Shown piece after piece: positions 13,728-33,393 of a DNA stretch of 64,000 bases. The notes beneath the pieces were generated by a model. The model was not told the DNA's origin and ran no database searches. It worked only from the letters and a program-made list of their open reading frames with translations. Both the position numbers and the translations under genes were made by a program. This DNA is from Lingula anatina (Eukaryota; Animalia; Brachiopoda): the NCBI GenBank assembly GCA_051362555.1, contig CM120643.1, forward strand, positions 16,372,848 to 16,436,847, written 5' to 3'. Numbering within the stretch: position 1 is the first letter of the stretch; every line of letters starts with the position of its first letter.

Positions 13728-13865
13728 CTTTCAGAGACCTTACTTTACTGCATGTTAAATCGCCCGCACGCTGGGGCACAATGAAGAATGATATCACAGG
13801 GATTTCAAAAGCAAGAGGTTCGATGAGGGACTTGATCTGAGCGCCTTTCTCTGTCACAGCAGGCC
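13728..13865 (-). other. Candidate 5' non-coding exon of the SEA-LDLa gene
   Basis: Strong minus-strand donor AAG|GTGAGT at 13727. The ATG-bearing exon has an upstream acceptor (~11918), so an upstream exon is expected. An AT-rich TATA-like stretch lies near 13890-13902. Boundaries are uncertain. Confidence 0.35.
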
Positions 13866-14950
13866 ATAAAGTTTTGTTGGCGTGAATTTTTAAATAATAT
13901 ATCCCCTTGTTACTGTGCTGCTAATAGTCTACTTATGCTGTACTGCCGTATAATGAATTAAGAAATATTTACTATAGCACCACACGTATGCAATACGGAG
14001 GCCCCACAAATGTATTTCAAAGAGTTTCGATGATATATTTTAAACTTAATTGGAAATATAAGACGAGAATCTCAAATACGAATAGCATTTTTTTTCGGAA
14101 TCCTGGGCTCCAACTCTGAAAAATACTAAGCGTATTGACAGTACAGCTAAATAATAATAGTACTTTGAGAATGGGAACCTAGGGTTAAGATTTACATGAA
14201 TACTGCAAGATGCAAACCAAGTAAAGGGGAAATGCTGTGTAAACAAGAAAACTAAATTAATATTTTCGCTGAGTTTAAACCATAATCTGAAATAAATTTA
14301 TTTTATGGCATTTAATTAAAATATGAAGGTAGCATTAACCTGTACAGTATGCAGTTTATGCAAACTAAGTTGGAATCTATATGCGAATAAGAAAGCGAAA
14401 GGAAAACACATATTTGATGAAATTCTGAAAATATTTTTGTGGTTTTCCAGAACATTATAGAATAGTCCAGATTGCATATAGATACGCTTATTTTATACAT
14501 TCTGTAAAATTGTATTCAGTCAATCTGTTAGTTGCATTTTTTGCCCTAGGTTGAACCTGCAGAGTAAATAAAGTAGATTTTTGTACCAGTAGTTACATGT
14601 ACATGTACATGTATATCATCACTTGATGAACATGACCGATATTTAGATCATTAAGACTATGCTACACCTATGCTACACCGCTAAGAGAACGAATTTTGGT
14701 CCATTTTCAGACATACGTTAAACAAAAGAAAATGCCGCAATATTTAAAGTTCGTGATCTATGGATTTACTGTATGAATTTGATGTTGATTATCAAACATT
14801 GCCAAGGCCCCAACTCTGAAAGGGATGAGAGTGGAAAAAATGTGTATATTTTACCAAGCTATCACAAGTGTACCAGCAAAAAGGGCTTTAACTTTTACTT
14901 TTAAAGAACATCTCATGTGTTGTCTTGAAACTATGTGCATAACAGAGCTG

Positions 14951-14986
<36 letters not shown>

Positions 14987-15228
14987 TTTTTCACCAATGC
15001 AAATAATTTTTTAAAGAAAGGCGTGCACACAAACTGTCAATAAAGATCAAATGGACAAGCGTTATGCATCTGTGCGTGCGCACAGGTGCGTGCGTTCGTG
15101 CGTCCGTGTATTTAAACTGGGTTCACATGTAGCCCAAGATTTTCTTATTCTTAAGAGTAAAAACGTGACGACACCGGTGTGAAACATAATTTACGATAGT
15201 CTACCACAGGACTCCTCTTGCGGTAAAC

Positions 15229-15460
15229 CACCGCAAATTATTTATATGACAAACTTCATCTCTCTGGAGGCTCTCTATAGATAATTTACTGACATTATAA
15301 AGAACTGTAGAAGACTTATGAGAAAACGACGTCCAACTTTATAAAGAGAGAGAAAGAAATTGCCTGCAGTAACAATTACCACCGCGAATTATGTGTTTGA
15401 CAAACTCTATCCTTTAGAATTCATTTGGGAATAATTTATTGACCTCACAAAGAATTGGAA
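15229..15460. repeat. Diverged direct repeat (~80-bp unit, ~150-bp period)
   Basis: CACCGCAAATTATTTATATGACAAACT...ATAATTTACTGAC...AAAGAACTG (15229-15310) resembles CACCGCGAATTATGTGTTTGACAAACT...ATAATTTATTGAC...AAAGAATTG (15380-15460). Confidence 0.6.
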
Positions 15461-17947
15461 ATGAATTTTGAGTAAAGGGATTGTTAAAGGAAATCCCTGA
15501 TTTTATGCCTTATACATCCTATAAATTTGATAAAATTTTGACATAATTACTTCTTAACAGTTTTTTTTAATATAACATAACAGCACGAGCAGTATTACTA
15601 GTACGTAATAATATCTAGTCCCACATGTATTGCTTCTGTCTAATATTACATTTACCCATATGGTGGATCACAATATTTTATATTTATGATGACAGCGACA
15701 TCAATTACTTTTGTCCCTTTGTCCCTTTGTTTTTAGTTTCTCTCTTTTCATTTCATTTTTATCCTAATTTATAATTATAATTTGTGAAGAAAAAATGGTG
15801 CGCGGGCCCCTACCTTCAACTTTTATCTATACGGAAAAGTTTATGTAAATGCGATTTTTTGCTCTGACGATTTTTTATGCCCCCAAAAATGTTAAAAATT
15901 CAAGGACACGGTACTCGGTGCAGTCAAAAAACAATTGTCCCATAAATTCCACAGTATTTTATCTCAGTGTATGATGGTTCATCAGTTCATCGGCGTTTTT
16001 AATCCGTAACAAAATTAAAGGTTTTATCAAAAACATACGATGAATACATTCTTTCACATACCTTAACAATCTGAAAAATCAACCTAATGGATTTCATGGC
16101 ATGTCATTGCTAATGCATGTATATAAAACGTTAAATAAACTGAAATTTTATACAGTGTGTTGTCAGTGTCATATATGAAATGAATGTCTATGTTTTATGT
16201 GATACCTTTATTTGCAAATAACAGTTTCACAGTTCAGCGAAGCGATACGCATCACGAATGCCCGAACCCAACGATCCACCTAAAAAGTTTCAGATCAACT
16301 CGTTATTTTACGCGCCCTGGCAAACTGAAGAAAAAGAAACCTTAGCTGCTGCTCTTTCTTCGCGTCATGTTAAACGGATCTTTGAAATCTAAATCGGTCA
16401 TTGTATGATTTTTGCTGTTTAACACTAGATGTGATATATAATTACAATAGGTCGTCCCTGGGTCAACAGAGTAGATAATGACAAATATCGTGCCAATGAC
16501 GCTGTTGTTCAGTGATAAAGCGAAGAGAAAAGCTGTCTTATGTCGCTTCGGGTGCTGAACTTCTTTGAACATCTTGTTTAGAAGCACCTAAGCACGAGAG
16601 AACACGTACACGTTTGACTTTTGAGAATTAATCTAGAATTATAATTTTTTTTTTTTTTTTCAAAATAAACCCCGAACAGACATGGGAAAAGATTTTCTTC
16701 CATATTTTATTTCATCATAGGGCCTCTGAGGCTAGTGACTCTAAATTATTGCCGAAATGGGGTTTTAGTGTGATATCCTACAAAAAAATAGCAACCAAAT
16801 TAAGGAAGGTTTTAATACCTCATTTATTGAATCCTGAAATATCGTTGGAACTGGACAATACTGCAGCTGAAAGTAAATTTTTTTACTGATTACCATTTCG
16901 CGACTTAAAACCAAAATACTGGCGTAACAAATCTATCACACGGAAATTTAAAAACGAGCGAATACATGCAATGGTATAAATTCAGCGCACCAGATATATC
17001 AAAACTGTTAATAATAGTAAATTCCAATGTAAGAAAAAAATTCCGAAATGCAGGGCAAAATTTACCTATGCTGAATGGACCTTTGGATAAACGGTCCAAC
17101 AGCGGCTTACTGGGTCCTGAGTTAAGATGAGTTAAGCAAATGTCACTAGGAGAGATTTTTCTGTAGCGTAATTGCTTTAACTATGTGCAATCAAAAAGGC
17201 AGACGGACCAAATCAACATATTATTTTCTCTGTAGGTCACTACTTTCCTATACTGTGAAGAAGCTACTGAAGAAGCTACTGTATGTATCAAATCATACAG
17301 TGTAACTGTATGTGAGAACGAACAGTCCATTCCCCCTATGTAAGCGTTAGGTCAGCCGGGGTTAATATAAAAGTTAGAGCAACAAAAGAACAATAATTAC
17401 GCAAGTCAAGTAAAGTGATCTCTTATTGTGCCTTGGCGTACCGTGGTCGTATTTGAACGACATTCGATATCATAACTTGTTTATTCTATTGAACGCGCTC
17501 ATGTCATTTAAGGAAACGCGTTTTGTAATCTACGATTCGATACCGAGTAAGATAACTATATGTTAAGGAACACATGCGTCAAACGGTTTGACTCTGGAGT
17601 ATCATTTTGTATGTTCGCCACCCGAGGCATAGCGTTAAATGCCAACACAACCTTGTGATATTGAAAAAGTGTAATATCGTTCAAGATCTTCGTGTTTTAG
17701 AATAAACAATTCATGTAACTGATACCACCTACAAAATAAAATTCCTTCCCAATTTTATATTCAGCGCCTTCGTGTCATCTAAGGTCGTCGCATTGTGTAA
17801 TCTTCCTGGCGTTCATAAAATACCAATCGGTCAGTGGAAATAAATAAACAGTGACCTATGAGTGCCCTGAACCCTGTTTGTGCGGCAGATGGGTTATGTC
17901 ACCTCGCGCGGTAGTATTATGGGCGAAAAACTATTTGACAGTGAAAG

Positions 17948-18126
17948 CAGGCCCATAGCCAGCAATTTCAAAGTGGGGGTGGGGTTCATTTCAGAAAAAG
18001 TTGGACCTTTTGCCATTAAAACTTTATGTGCTTGGTTCAAATTTTACCCAGCAAAAGGGGTTGTTCTTTCGAACACCCCCAGACCAAAACCCTATCCCCC
18101 CCCCCCCCCCCCCGGCTACGGGCCTA
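17948..18126. mobile_element. MITE-like element with AGGCCCRTAGCC termini
   Basis: AGGCCCATAGCC (17949-17960) and GGCTACGGGCCT (18114-18125) form an inverted pair, with internal G-run and C-run. Confidence 0.55.
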
Positions 18127-19694
18127 GGAAGGTATTGACTGGATATGCGAACTTAGCACTCCCAATTGTGGTAAAACATGAAAGCAGGACAGTGTAACCT
18201 ATTTAGAGGTAAACTATTTTGGGTTGGTGCTCAATCACATTTACCCCGTTCACACCCCGTGTTAATAATAACGATAATTTGGCAAATAGGGGTAATATTC
18301 AAATCATTGTGACTGGACCAATTCATCATGTACTGCTTGGAAGAGGACATGAATTTTTTTCAGGCATTATCACTACTGTATACATCATTACTGGTTTTAA
18401 AAAGTTGTCAAATTGTAAAATGGAAAGGAAATGTTTAGCGTTTTTTAAGCAGTCCTATGACTTTCGTGATTTCATTTGATAAAGTAATGAAGGTACATGC
18501 ATAAATTGTTACAAACTCTTTCACGTCTACATATAAGTAGGCGTTCGTAAGAACATGATGAATTTGTCGCGTGGGCCTGCCTACAGAACTAGAGATGCGA
18601 TCATAAACAGATACACAGTAAGAACAATAAAGATCCTGTCACCAAAATTCAACAACACGCAACAGAGCAATTCATTACCCATGTAAGTTACTTTTTTCCA
18701 CTCTTTGCAGCAAGGATGTCATAGGGGACAAAGACGAAACAAAAACACCAACCGTGAGCAAATGTGCGTGGTAAATATCAACCCCTGTTGGTCATAAATC
18801 AACGCCGGTTCATTTCTAAACTTTTTACCTTAAGCGTTTTGTGTAAATACCAACGCAAATTTCTTTTCTATAATTTCTTTCTTTCGACAGAACGCGAGGG
18901 ATTTTAATACAGTTCAAAATCTCAATGAATTCCGATTATATATCTTAACTGAATGTTCGTTTCAGTAGGCCGGACACACATAGAGTGCTTTAAATGTTTC
19001 TGATCATCAGTGAATTTGTTACATGGAACATTGAAGTACTTATCATTTTCTTTTCTAAAAAAAGATTATTTCATCTGATATAATATTTTGCAGTCTATTC
19101 TCCAAACATCTAACCTGTTAAGTATGCAAATATGTTATAGCAAAAATGATAGAGTAGATACCAAAATACTCATTTATCATATCTTTATCAAGTCAGTTAA
19201 ACCTTTCTTAGTTACCCAAAAAATAATTAAAATGAACTAACCTTGCTCTCCGCGTTCACCTTGGAGGTTGACATGGATCCGTGTGCACCTGTATTCCCTG
19301 TCGCGCTTAACGTTGTTATTTTTAGACGGGGAACAATGTCAAACTGAACAGTTTGTACCCGCTAGCGACTCGGTGACCTTGAACTTCCATAAGTAGGTGA
19401 CTACATTATGAATTTTTTTCCTATAGTACAGCGCTGCTACATTGTTACACCTCAAGAAAACGGCTTAATTGTATTTATTTGATGAATGTAGGTGTTTTTC
19501 TGGAGCAAAGTTTAAATGTGTGTGTACCGGTATGTTTGTTCACAATATGAAACTACTGGCGGTATATAACCGGTAAGATGTGCGTGTGGGTCTGGCTGTC
19601 CCTTAGTTTAGCTGTTATGCCAGTGTGGTCCAGTATTCTCTCCCCCCTTGACTGAATGCCACGAATGCCTAGCCCAAACACCAGCAAATTTTGG

Positions 19695-19919
19695 GAGCAT
19701 TCCCATAACACTAACATACTAGCAGGCTCGATCTATCTCCGACAGGATTATCGCTATCAGTTTAAAGCATTAAATTTAAGAGTGCACGGAAGTTAGTTAC
19801 CCCCTCTAGCAACTCAGTGGACGTGGCAGATATTTAAGCCGCTTAAACTGAATGCAATTTAGCGAGAATCCCCTCTAAGTTAGGTCGATCCTGGTAGTAC
19901 GATAGGTTTATGGGAACTC
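19695..19919. mobile_element. Foldback/MITE-like element with long imperfect inverted repeats
   Basis: TTCCCATAACACTAACATACTAGCAGGCTCGATCTA...TCAGTTTAAAGCATTAAAT pairs with ATTTAAGCCGCTTAAACTGA...TAGGTCGATCCTGGTAGTACGATAGGTTTATGGGAA; arms are about 80 bp. Confidence 0.6.
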
Positions 19920-20833
19920 AGTTTAACAAAAACTATCTGTTCATATTCCAAGTGAAACTCCATAAATAATATCATCATTTATTATTTTAGCATTGCATTA
20001 ATCCAACTAAATGAAAATTATAACATCATTTTTCCTGTATCCCCGATCACCACTTCAACTTGTTATATGTATAGCATCATAGACGCTTAAGATAAATTGC
20101 ACTGAGTAGACTTGTAGCGAGCTGCACAAGAATCGATTAAAGGTTAAGTCATACTGGTGATCAAATGCGAGTTTTAACAAGGCTAAACTCAGTAGTGATC
20201 AATAAAATAAATAAATAAATAAATAAACGAAAATATGAATGAATAGAAAACAAAAGATATGGACTAATGTACGAAAAAAAGTTACACGTGGCTGCACTGA
20301 TATTCAGGAAAGAGGTAGTTACCTCTTACTACGTTTCTCAAAAGATTATTAAGGCCATACGACATATGACCTTAAATCTCTCTTTCTCTAGAGTTTTAAC
20401 CGGATTCTCTGATATAAAAGTTTGGCACGGCCAAAACTTAGAATGTGATTGTCGTCGCTTCGAGGTCAGTATACGGTAGGCCGTTGTAGTCCGTGGTCTC
20501 GTTCAGTTTAGTTAAATCAATACTGTTCAAGGTCAACAACTATTAGTAAAATGCAATTCAGGTGTCTGCACAGCATCACTTCAGTCATCCTTATATTGCT
20601 GGACATTTTACCCAATGCTGTGCTGCCACCGACCTCATAGCACCAAGAACTGCCAACGCCATCTGAACATGGACTTAGATTAGATCTACGTGAGTCAGGT
20701 GTAACCACGACCTGGTAGGTGGTACATGTATCTATTCAAATTCACAGTCTTTGAGAATACATTCACGCTTCTTGTTATCGACTTGAATTCGTTGCACTAT
20801 TTAAAAAAGTGCACAGTCATCTTTGAGCAGATT

Positions 20834-20839
20834 TTTATT
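20834..20839 (-). promoter_or_regulatory. Candidate polyadenylation signal (AATAAA) of the subtilase gene
   Basis: AATAAA on the minus strand about 165 nt downstream of the stop codon at 21003. Confidence 0.4.
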
Positions 20840-21002
20840 ACAATTCCCAATGCTTCAAAACCAAATCTTATTTCAGTTCATGTCACTGAAGTTGTTGGAT
20901 AAATCTACAAAAGACTGCGTCTTTCTTCACGCCTTCATGGTTGTTTCCACTTCCATGACCGGAATTGCAGTAGAGAATATATATCGTTTATAATTTCCTT
21001 AT

Positions 21003-27197
<6,195 letters not shown>

Positions 27198-27576
27198 TTT
27201 GGCGCTGGACTGAAATAAATGAAATAAAATTTTCGTGTACCAGTATCTTTCGAAAGTGTGAGAGAAATTCTCCTAGTAATGCAGCTATCTTCTCAACAGG
27301 ATTTAAGATTCTTGAATCAACATGAGTTTGGTTTGATATTCCACACTTATAAGTAGCACCTTATGGTACATAACAAACCGCAAATTAGGGAACAAATAGC
27401 CAGTGTTTTTGTTTACTAGTTCAAACTATGAAAGTCAATGTACGTTAAGTAGGCGCAAAGCGTCACTGGATGAATACATTGATGTCCGTAAGCAGTGCCT
27501 TTGCAGTCGTCATTTTACCTTTTAAGCGGCTATCCCTTTCTTCCGAGGAAGCGTTCGCCCCAACAGATAGTTCTGA

Positions 27577-27620
27577 AAGTGAATCGCCAACCTGTCCTTG
27601 CATGTTTATAAATGCAAATA
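27577..27620 (-). promoter_or_regulatory. Candidate core promoter of the subtilase gene (TATA + Inr + octamer)
   Basis: On the minus strand, TATAAA lies at 27610-27605 and an Inr-like TCACTT at 27582-27577, about 30 nt downstream. An ATTTGCAT octamer sits just upstream of the TATA. A donor near 27518 and an acceptor near 27210 define a short 5'-UTR exon. Confidence 0.5.
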
Positions 27621-28577
27621 TGTATAATAATGCATAATGTGTGCACCGCCATGCTTGTAAATCAATCCCGATATTAATTGCCTCTTTTCATTTCGTGCTC
27701 CTTCTTTTGTATAGGTGTCTATGTCATACATAGAAAACCAATTGACTAAACTCACATAACTTTGGGGAGGGTGAGGGTCGCGTGGCAGCGCTGAAACCGG
27801 TGAGCAACCGAAAGGAGTCGCTTTTGCGTGTTGATATTAATCATATCCGTCATCTAAATCGAACAATTCTGATTTACATTTCCAAGGCGTCCCTTTTAAC
27901 CTGATATTTTTCAAAGCGGCCTGGAACTTGGTGTTTCCTTTGAAGTTCACTTATGACAAATTGCCTAATTATAAGTCCGAAAAAATTCACCCAATTATTT
28001 CGAGATAAATCGCATCAGCGAAGCATGTGTTCTTTTAATGTTCTAGTCTGTACCAGGAAGTAATGCTACTCAATACATGATTTAACAGGACCAGTTTATC
28101 AGTTAATTTAAAGCTGAAATAATCTGCAAGTCATTTTGCTTACTTGGAGAAAAAAGAAAGAGACATTTTACACATGTACATAATGCATTAGGGGAAATAA
28201 AGAGGGCGGTATAATAATTCCATGTAGGCCTGCGGAAAGACATACGATACACTCACGGAGGTGGAGAGACGGTTAGAACATTCTCATGAAATACTTCAAA
28301 ATATCTCCGAATCAGTTTAAGTCTTGTTCAGCCTCATGTAATAATGAGTCACCAAGAGTCATGAGCTGACGCATTCTTGCGCGGTTCTGTATCAACGCAA
28401 ACGTACGTATTTCAAGAATGCATTATACATACAAACGAGTCTGCGCAATTCTTAATGAAACTGGGTAGTTTTATTTGATGAAAACACGTGTCTGTGCACT
28501 CGCGCACGCAACATACTCACATACACACACTCACAAAAACAAACACACTCACACACTCACTCACATACTCAAACAGT

Positions 28578-28580
<3 letters not shown>

Positions 28581-28612
<32 letters not shown>
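28581..28612. repeat. (AG)n microsatellite
   Basis: Read directly; similar tracts at 32432-32464 and 33363-33392. Confidence 0.9.
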
Positions 28613-28615
<3 letters not shown>

Positions 28616-30627
28616 CTAGAAGGTTCACAGTGGATCACGCAAGCCTTTACCTGTGGAGGTATTCCCTTCTCCCCCCCCCCCCCCCCCTTCTCCCCAAAAA
28701 AAATCAAAGAAAAAACACCTGCTGGTAAGTATGCGCAAATGCCTTGCAAATATTCTCAAAAAATTCAGTAAAAATACTCAATTAGTACGATATACGAACG
28801 CTTTACAGATTCGCGCGCTTCAAGTTTTGTTAAACGTTAATAAGCCATGGACACATGTTGACTTAGGAAAACATTTGTTAATGTCACTATAAGAAAGATT
28901 TAATGGTATAGTTCGGGACGAGACAATGCAGCCGCTGCAACCATTTGCTTAACGTGATGACGCGCCACCTTAAACAAAAGCACCGTGATAACATCTACAA
29001 AATGAAACAGAGTGAAGGGAAGGTAAAGAATAACTCCACAGAAATACCTTTTCTGGTGCCTTTCATACTTTTTCCTGATTTCAAATATAGAAGAAGGAAT
29101 TTGACCATTAATTTAAAATTCATTACAACATTTATCTAAAAGAACTTTAAACCATTTAACAACATAATGCAGACATTAAGGTTAGTGATATTCAAAATAA
29201 TTTTTTTTTTTTTTTTTTTCAAATTCCAAGTGAAGAGTAGAGTATTAGAATTGTATTGAATATGATTCTTTATCACAATGCTGCTAAGATTTGGAGTGGA
29301 CACCTAAATGAGTTAATGGAACGCTGTTTTCTAGAGATGAAGTGCAAAAATGCACTGGTTTTGACTGGGAAATACATGTAGCCACCTGACTGTGACCTAG
29401 AATTTTTAGGTGGTGTAATATGATCAGCTGATGTTGCTGCAGCGCATATATTAGGTTTTTAGCGCAACCCATTCTTTACATTCTTTTGATGACTTGTTTT
29501 TTAATTTGTCGGTGACATCTCTCGTCAAAGCCTGGTGCATAATTCCGCAGTTTGTTTTCATGAGACAAAATCCATTGAAACGCTTCCTAATATATGGCAA
29601 CTGTATTTGCCGTGAATATATTAATGCAAACTAAACTAAAAGAGAACGATGTTTACCGAGTGACACCGACGGACACTTGCACACACTTATTTTACGATAC
29701 TGACTAGATCTGATTGCTACTACTCGTCACAACAATCGCATTTTTCTTGTGAAGATGGAATGGATGAAAACGACAGAGCGAATTATACATCAACGCAATG
29801 GTAATACATTTCGGTGTAAGGATGATAAGTTTAAGTTTTTGTTCTCAAAAAGCAGAAATGTTCAAAATACATGTCAGTTAACAGTTTGAGCCTGAGTAAT
29901 ATAAATGTTAAATTATCAAGTTCTATATGTCATTCTTGCGTTTAAATCCAAAATCGATATCTATCAATTAAAGACTGAAGTGCATAAAAGAAGCTTTTGA
30001 TTTCTAGGAGATTAATAGGTTAAACGATACAGCTTTTCACACGATCTATTTTTAACACATAATCTCTTCCTGGAGTGATATTTTATCAACATTAAGTCAC
30101 GCTCGGGGACCATGAGTAATCTGTACACTTCATCAAATGAAAGTAAACTCTTGCCTGTTAAGTTTAATACACACGCTAAAACGACATCAAACGTGGCTTT
30201 GACAAGAAAACTCCAATTTCGAGTCAATCAAATAAAACACATGAAGGTGGTAGCCAAGCACTACAGGAGTACATACAATTCTTATTTGGGTAGCATTTGC
30301 CATTTTTTACGTACTACGCATATTACAACAGACCAAGAAGCATTTATATCCTCAAACACCTATCTAATTATGGAGCATTCCGTCTTGAAAGTAAATTGTA
30401 CAACTTCATTCAAATGCAAATACTACAACCTTTGCAAGGCTTTGCTTTTTACGAAGATAGGCACATTTAGACGGGTAAAAGAGGGAGGGAAAATTTTTTT
30501 CTCGTCTTTCTTTTTTTTTCGGTGAATGAATACGAAAAGTGGTCCAACATATACTACATGTACCTCTGCACAATTGTTTTGTTTGTTGTTTGATGTCATC
30601 TCTGCACACGTGGTAAAAAAAATTGCA

Positions 30628-30699
30628 TGCGAGGACCGGGAGTCGAACCCGGATCGACTGCTTGGAAGGCAACCATGCTAACCGTTACACCATCCACGC
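30628..30699 (-). tRNA. tRNA-Gly (anticodon TCC), copy 1
   Basis: Sequence GCGTGGATGGTGTAACGGTTAGCATGGTTGCCTTCCAAGCAGTCGATCCGGGTTCGACTCCCGGTCCTCGCA, 72 nt. It folds as a cloverleaf with A/B boxes and GGTTCGA T-loop, and a T8 Pol III terminator follows at 30622-30615. Confidence 0.95.
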
Positions 30700-30943
30700 T
30701 AGATATCCCAAAATAGCAGAGACTAAGTCTTAATGGCTGAGCTGGCGCCAACACCAATTAAGTATAACATGCATATCAAATTTGCATCTAACACATTAAT
30801 AGGAACAAACCGTCAAGTAAATGTTACTTTTTGGGTTGAAGAAATAAAATGTTCACAGATGATATAACAAGGTTGTTTACTATATAATTGTTTGATCTGT
30901 TGAATAAATTGTGCTCTGTATAATAAAAATTTTACAAAAGGAT

Positions 30944-31015
30944 TGCGAGGACCGGGAGTCGAACCCGGATCGACTGCTTGGAAGGCAACCATGCTAACCG
31001 TTACACCATCCACGC
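30944..31015 (-). tRNA. tRNA-Gly (anticodon TCC), copy 2
   Basis: Identical 72-nt sequence to copy 1, with a TTTT terminator at 30939-30936. Confidence 0.95.
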
Positions 31016-32186
31016 CTGTATGTTAGCACAGTACAGTTGTCAACATAATGAAAGAAAAAGAAACTAATATTTTTGATACTAATACCATAGAGGTTTTATT
31101 TTTTTCTTAAAAAGCTATTTATTACATTTTGTTTTATCATTTTATGAAAATAAAAGAAAGCAGACTGGTGTTAAGAAACTGAGGGACCGTGTAAAACAGA
31201 TTCCGCCTTGCATTTAATTCATACTGGTTACGGCTAGCGTGACGTAAGTGGTCAAATCAAAGGCGAATTTGCTGGAACTCGCAGCATTCCCACCGTTTCA
31301 TCTTGTCACACCGCGTAGGTAGAATATATTTTCATCTTACCTTTGGTATCCAAGAAAAGTGACATCGATAGACATGAATGTTTTTTAAAACAAGGTTTAT
31401 TCAACAGATAGAAAAAGATGCAAATCGCATATAACATTATACTCTTCCTAAAAGAACAAAAGATTAAAATATGAACTATATATATAAGTCAGTATATACC
31501 AAAAATGAAAGAGAAAGAAATTTAGGAAAGTATGAAAACAGTAACAGCTAAAAGGATATTCTAAACTTAACATAATGCTAATCAATAATTTACCAAATAT
31601 GAATGTAGTATTCAAATTGTTGTCTTAATTTTTACAAATAAACTTGCCCTTGTGTTTTATACATTTTCACTGTAAAATATGATAGACCTTACGTATATAA
31701 TAAAGTACACACAGTGAAGGCGCAGTTAGTGTTAAGTATTACCATAGACCTCCAGAGGGAGGGACGTCACAGAGTGTTACGGCATATACCAGGTAGACAG
31801 CGTAAAGGGGAAAGGCACAAATAGTAAAATACGGGAAGGTTTAACTGGCATTAGATTACATAAAGACATACTGTAGTAATACTATGTACAGACATTAAAG
31901 TCACAGACGTATAAAGTACAGGGGTACGTTATAGTATGTCTAGACAATGCTGACTAAGATCAGGGAAGTACAGCAATCAAGATGCATCTCTCCGGCTGAC
32001 CTACGTTTACACTGCGGGGTGAAGAACCGATTGCTTTCCACTTCAGATGACGAGGTTATATTATTCCCAGTTTCACACTGGTGGCTTGGTTATGTGTTAT
32101 AATCACCCTCTCCTACAGCAAAATAAACTGCAGTGTATTGATTTAGGCTCTTTTATTTCGAACCTTCAAGCTAGCCACAAGTAATT

Positions 32187-32326
32187 CAGGGGGAGGATCC
32201 AGAGATATTTTCTGACAGTCTTCCAAATCATCTTCGTTTATCCATCATTCATTTTGACCGTCCCCGACATAAAAAATTACATTAATTCCATAACGTGGAC
32301 TGGAAACTTGACCGAAGAATCCCCCT
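32187..32326. mobile_element. Diverged, inverted copy of the 1827-1993 MITE family
   Basis: CAGGGGGAGGATCCAGAGATATTTTCTGACAGTCTTCCAAATCATCTTCGTTTATCCATC...TTTTGACCGTC aligns by eye with the reverse complement of 1993-1915. Confidence 0.65.
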
Positions 32327-32429
32327 TACAAAATACTTCTTAACGTCTCACCATCCGCTGATAGTGCGCTATGCTATACTAGGCTCCACTGTTTCTAACT
32401 ACTGTTTTAGAAATTAGTAAAATTGTTGC

Positions 32430-32466
<37 letters not shown>

Positions 32467-33359
32467 GGAAGTTGGAAGTTGGAAGTTTTGCTAATTTAAA
32501 AATTCTACCCTGTATATACCGTACGTTTCCCTACTGTGTTTTTTCTTAATTACAAATGAAGGATTTATTTATACATTTATTTTATTTTATTTTATTAGCT
32601 AAAATATTCAAAAATGCGATTTCCGTCTGAACTTTGTCTGGTATCATGTGTTAACTCCCAATAGAATTGAGAAGAACTGTGGGGACATTTCTGTGCGAAA
32701 TAAACTTCTCGGAGCAATGACAAATAGCAAAAATTATAAAGGGAACAAACGATGACTTCCAGCCATATAAAATAGAACAATAAGACTAGCCTCTATTGCT
32801 ATAAGGAGTACACGTCACAGTTGTGACTTGGCTATTTGCATCTTATCAGTATAATTGCGCTTGGTGAGACGACAATTGATTAAACATACATTAACTGTCA
32901 TTGTTGCTCTAAATGGATATTAACATTCAAAGCGAAATCGCATAACATCCTTGACGAAACCTTGATTAATCTTTTTGTATTAGCAATGCTGTTTATTTCA
33001 CACTATTCCCTGCTACACTGTATATCTAAAACAATTGACTAGAAATATTTCCGTCTGTTTCTCCCCAAGACTTGAAGGAGCATAATAAGGATCCTAAATC
33101 TGATTGATGGCTACCTCGATTAGGAAACCACTGCATACATTACGCTTTGTACTTGGCGTGCAAAACTGAATAAAATAATAGATAATAATGAAAGCATTTG
33201 TATGGATCTTGGATGCAGTTACTGAGACTTCATGATCAGCTGTGGTGTTGTACCAGTGTTAAGAAAAGATGCATACGTAGATTACGGGGGAAGACTGTCA
33301 TAGTGTGTTGATGAAACATCTTTAGTGACTTAACCGAACTACAGAGCAGTAGCATCTCC

Positions 33360-33393
<34 letters not shown>

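Noticed and set aside
30406-31013. ORFs 30406-30672 and 30813-31013
   Set aside because: They overlap the tRNA genes and show no coding signature.
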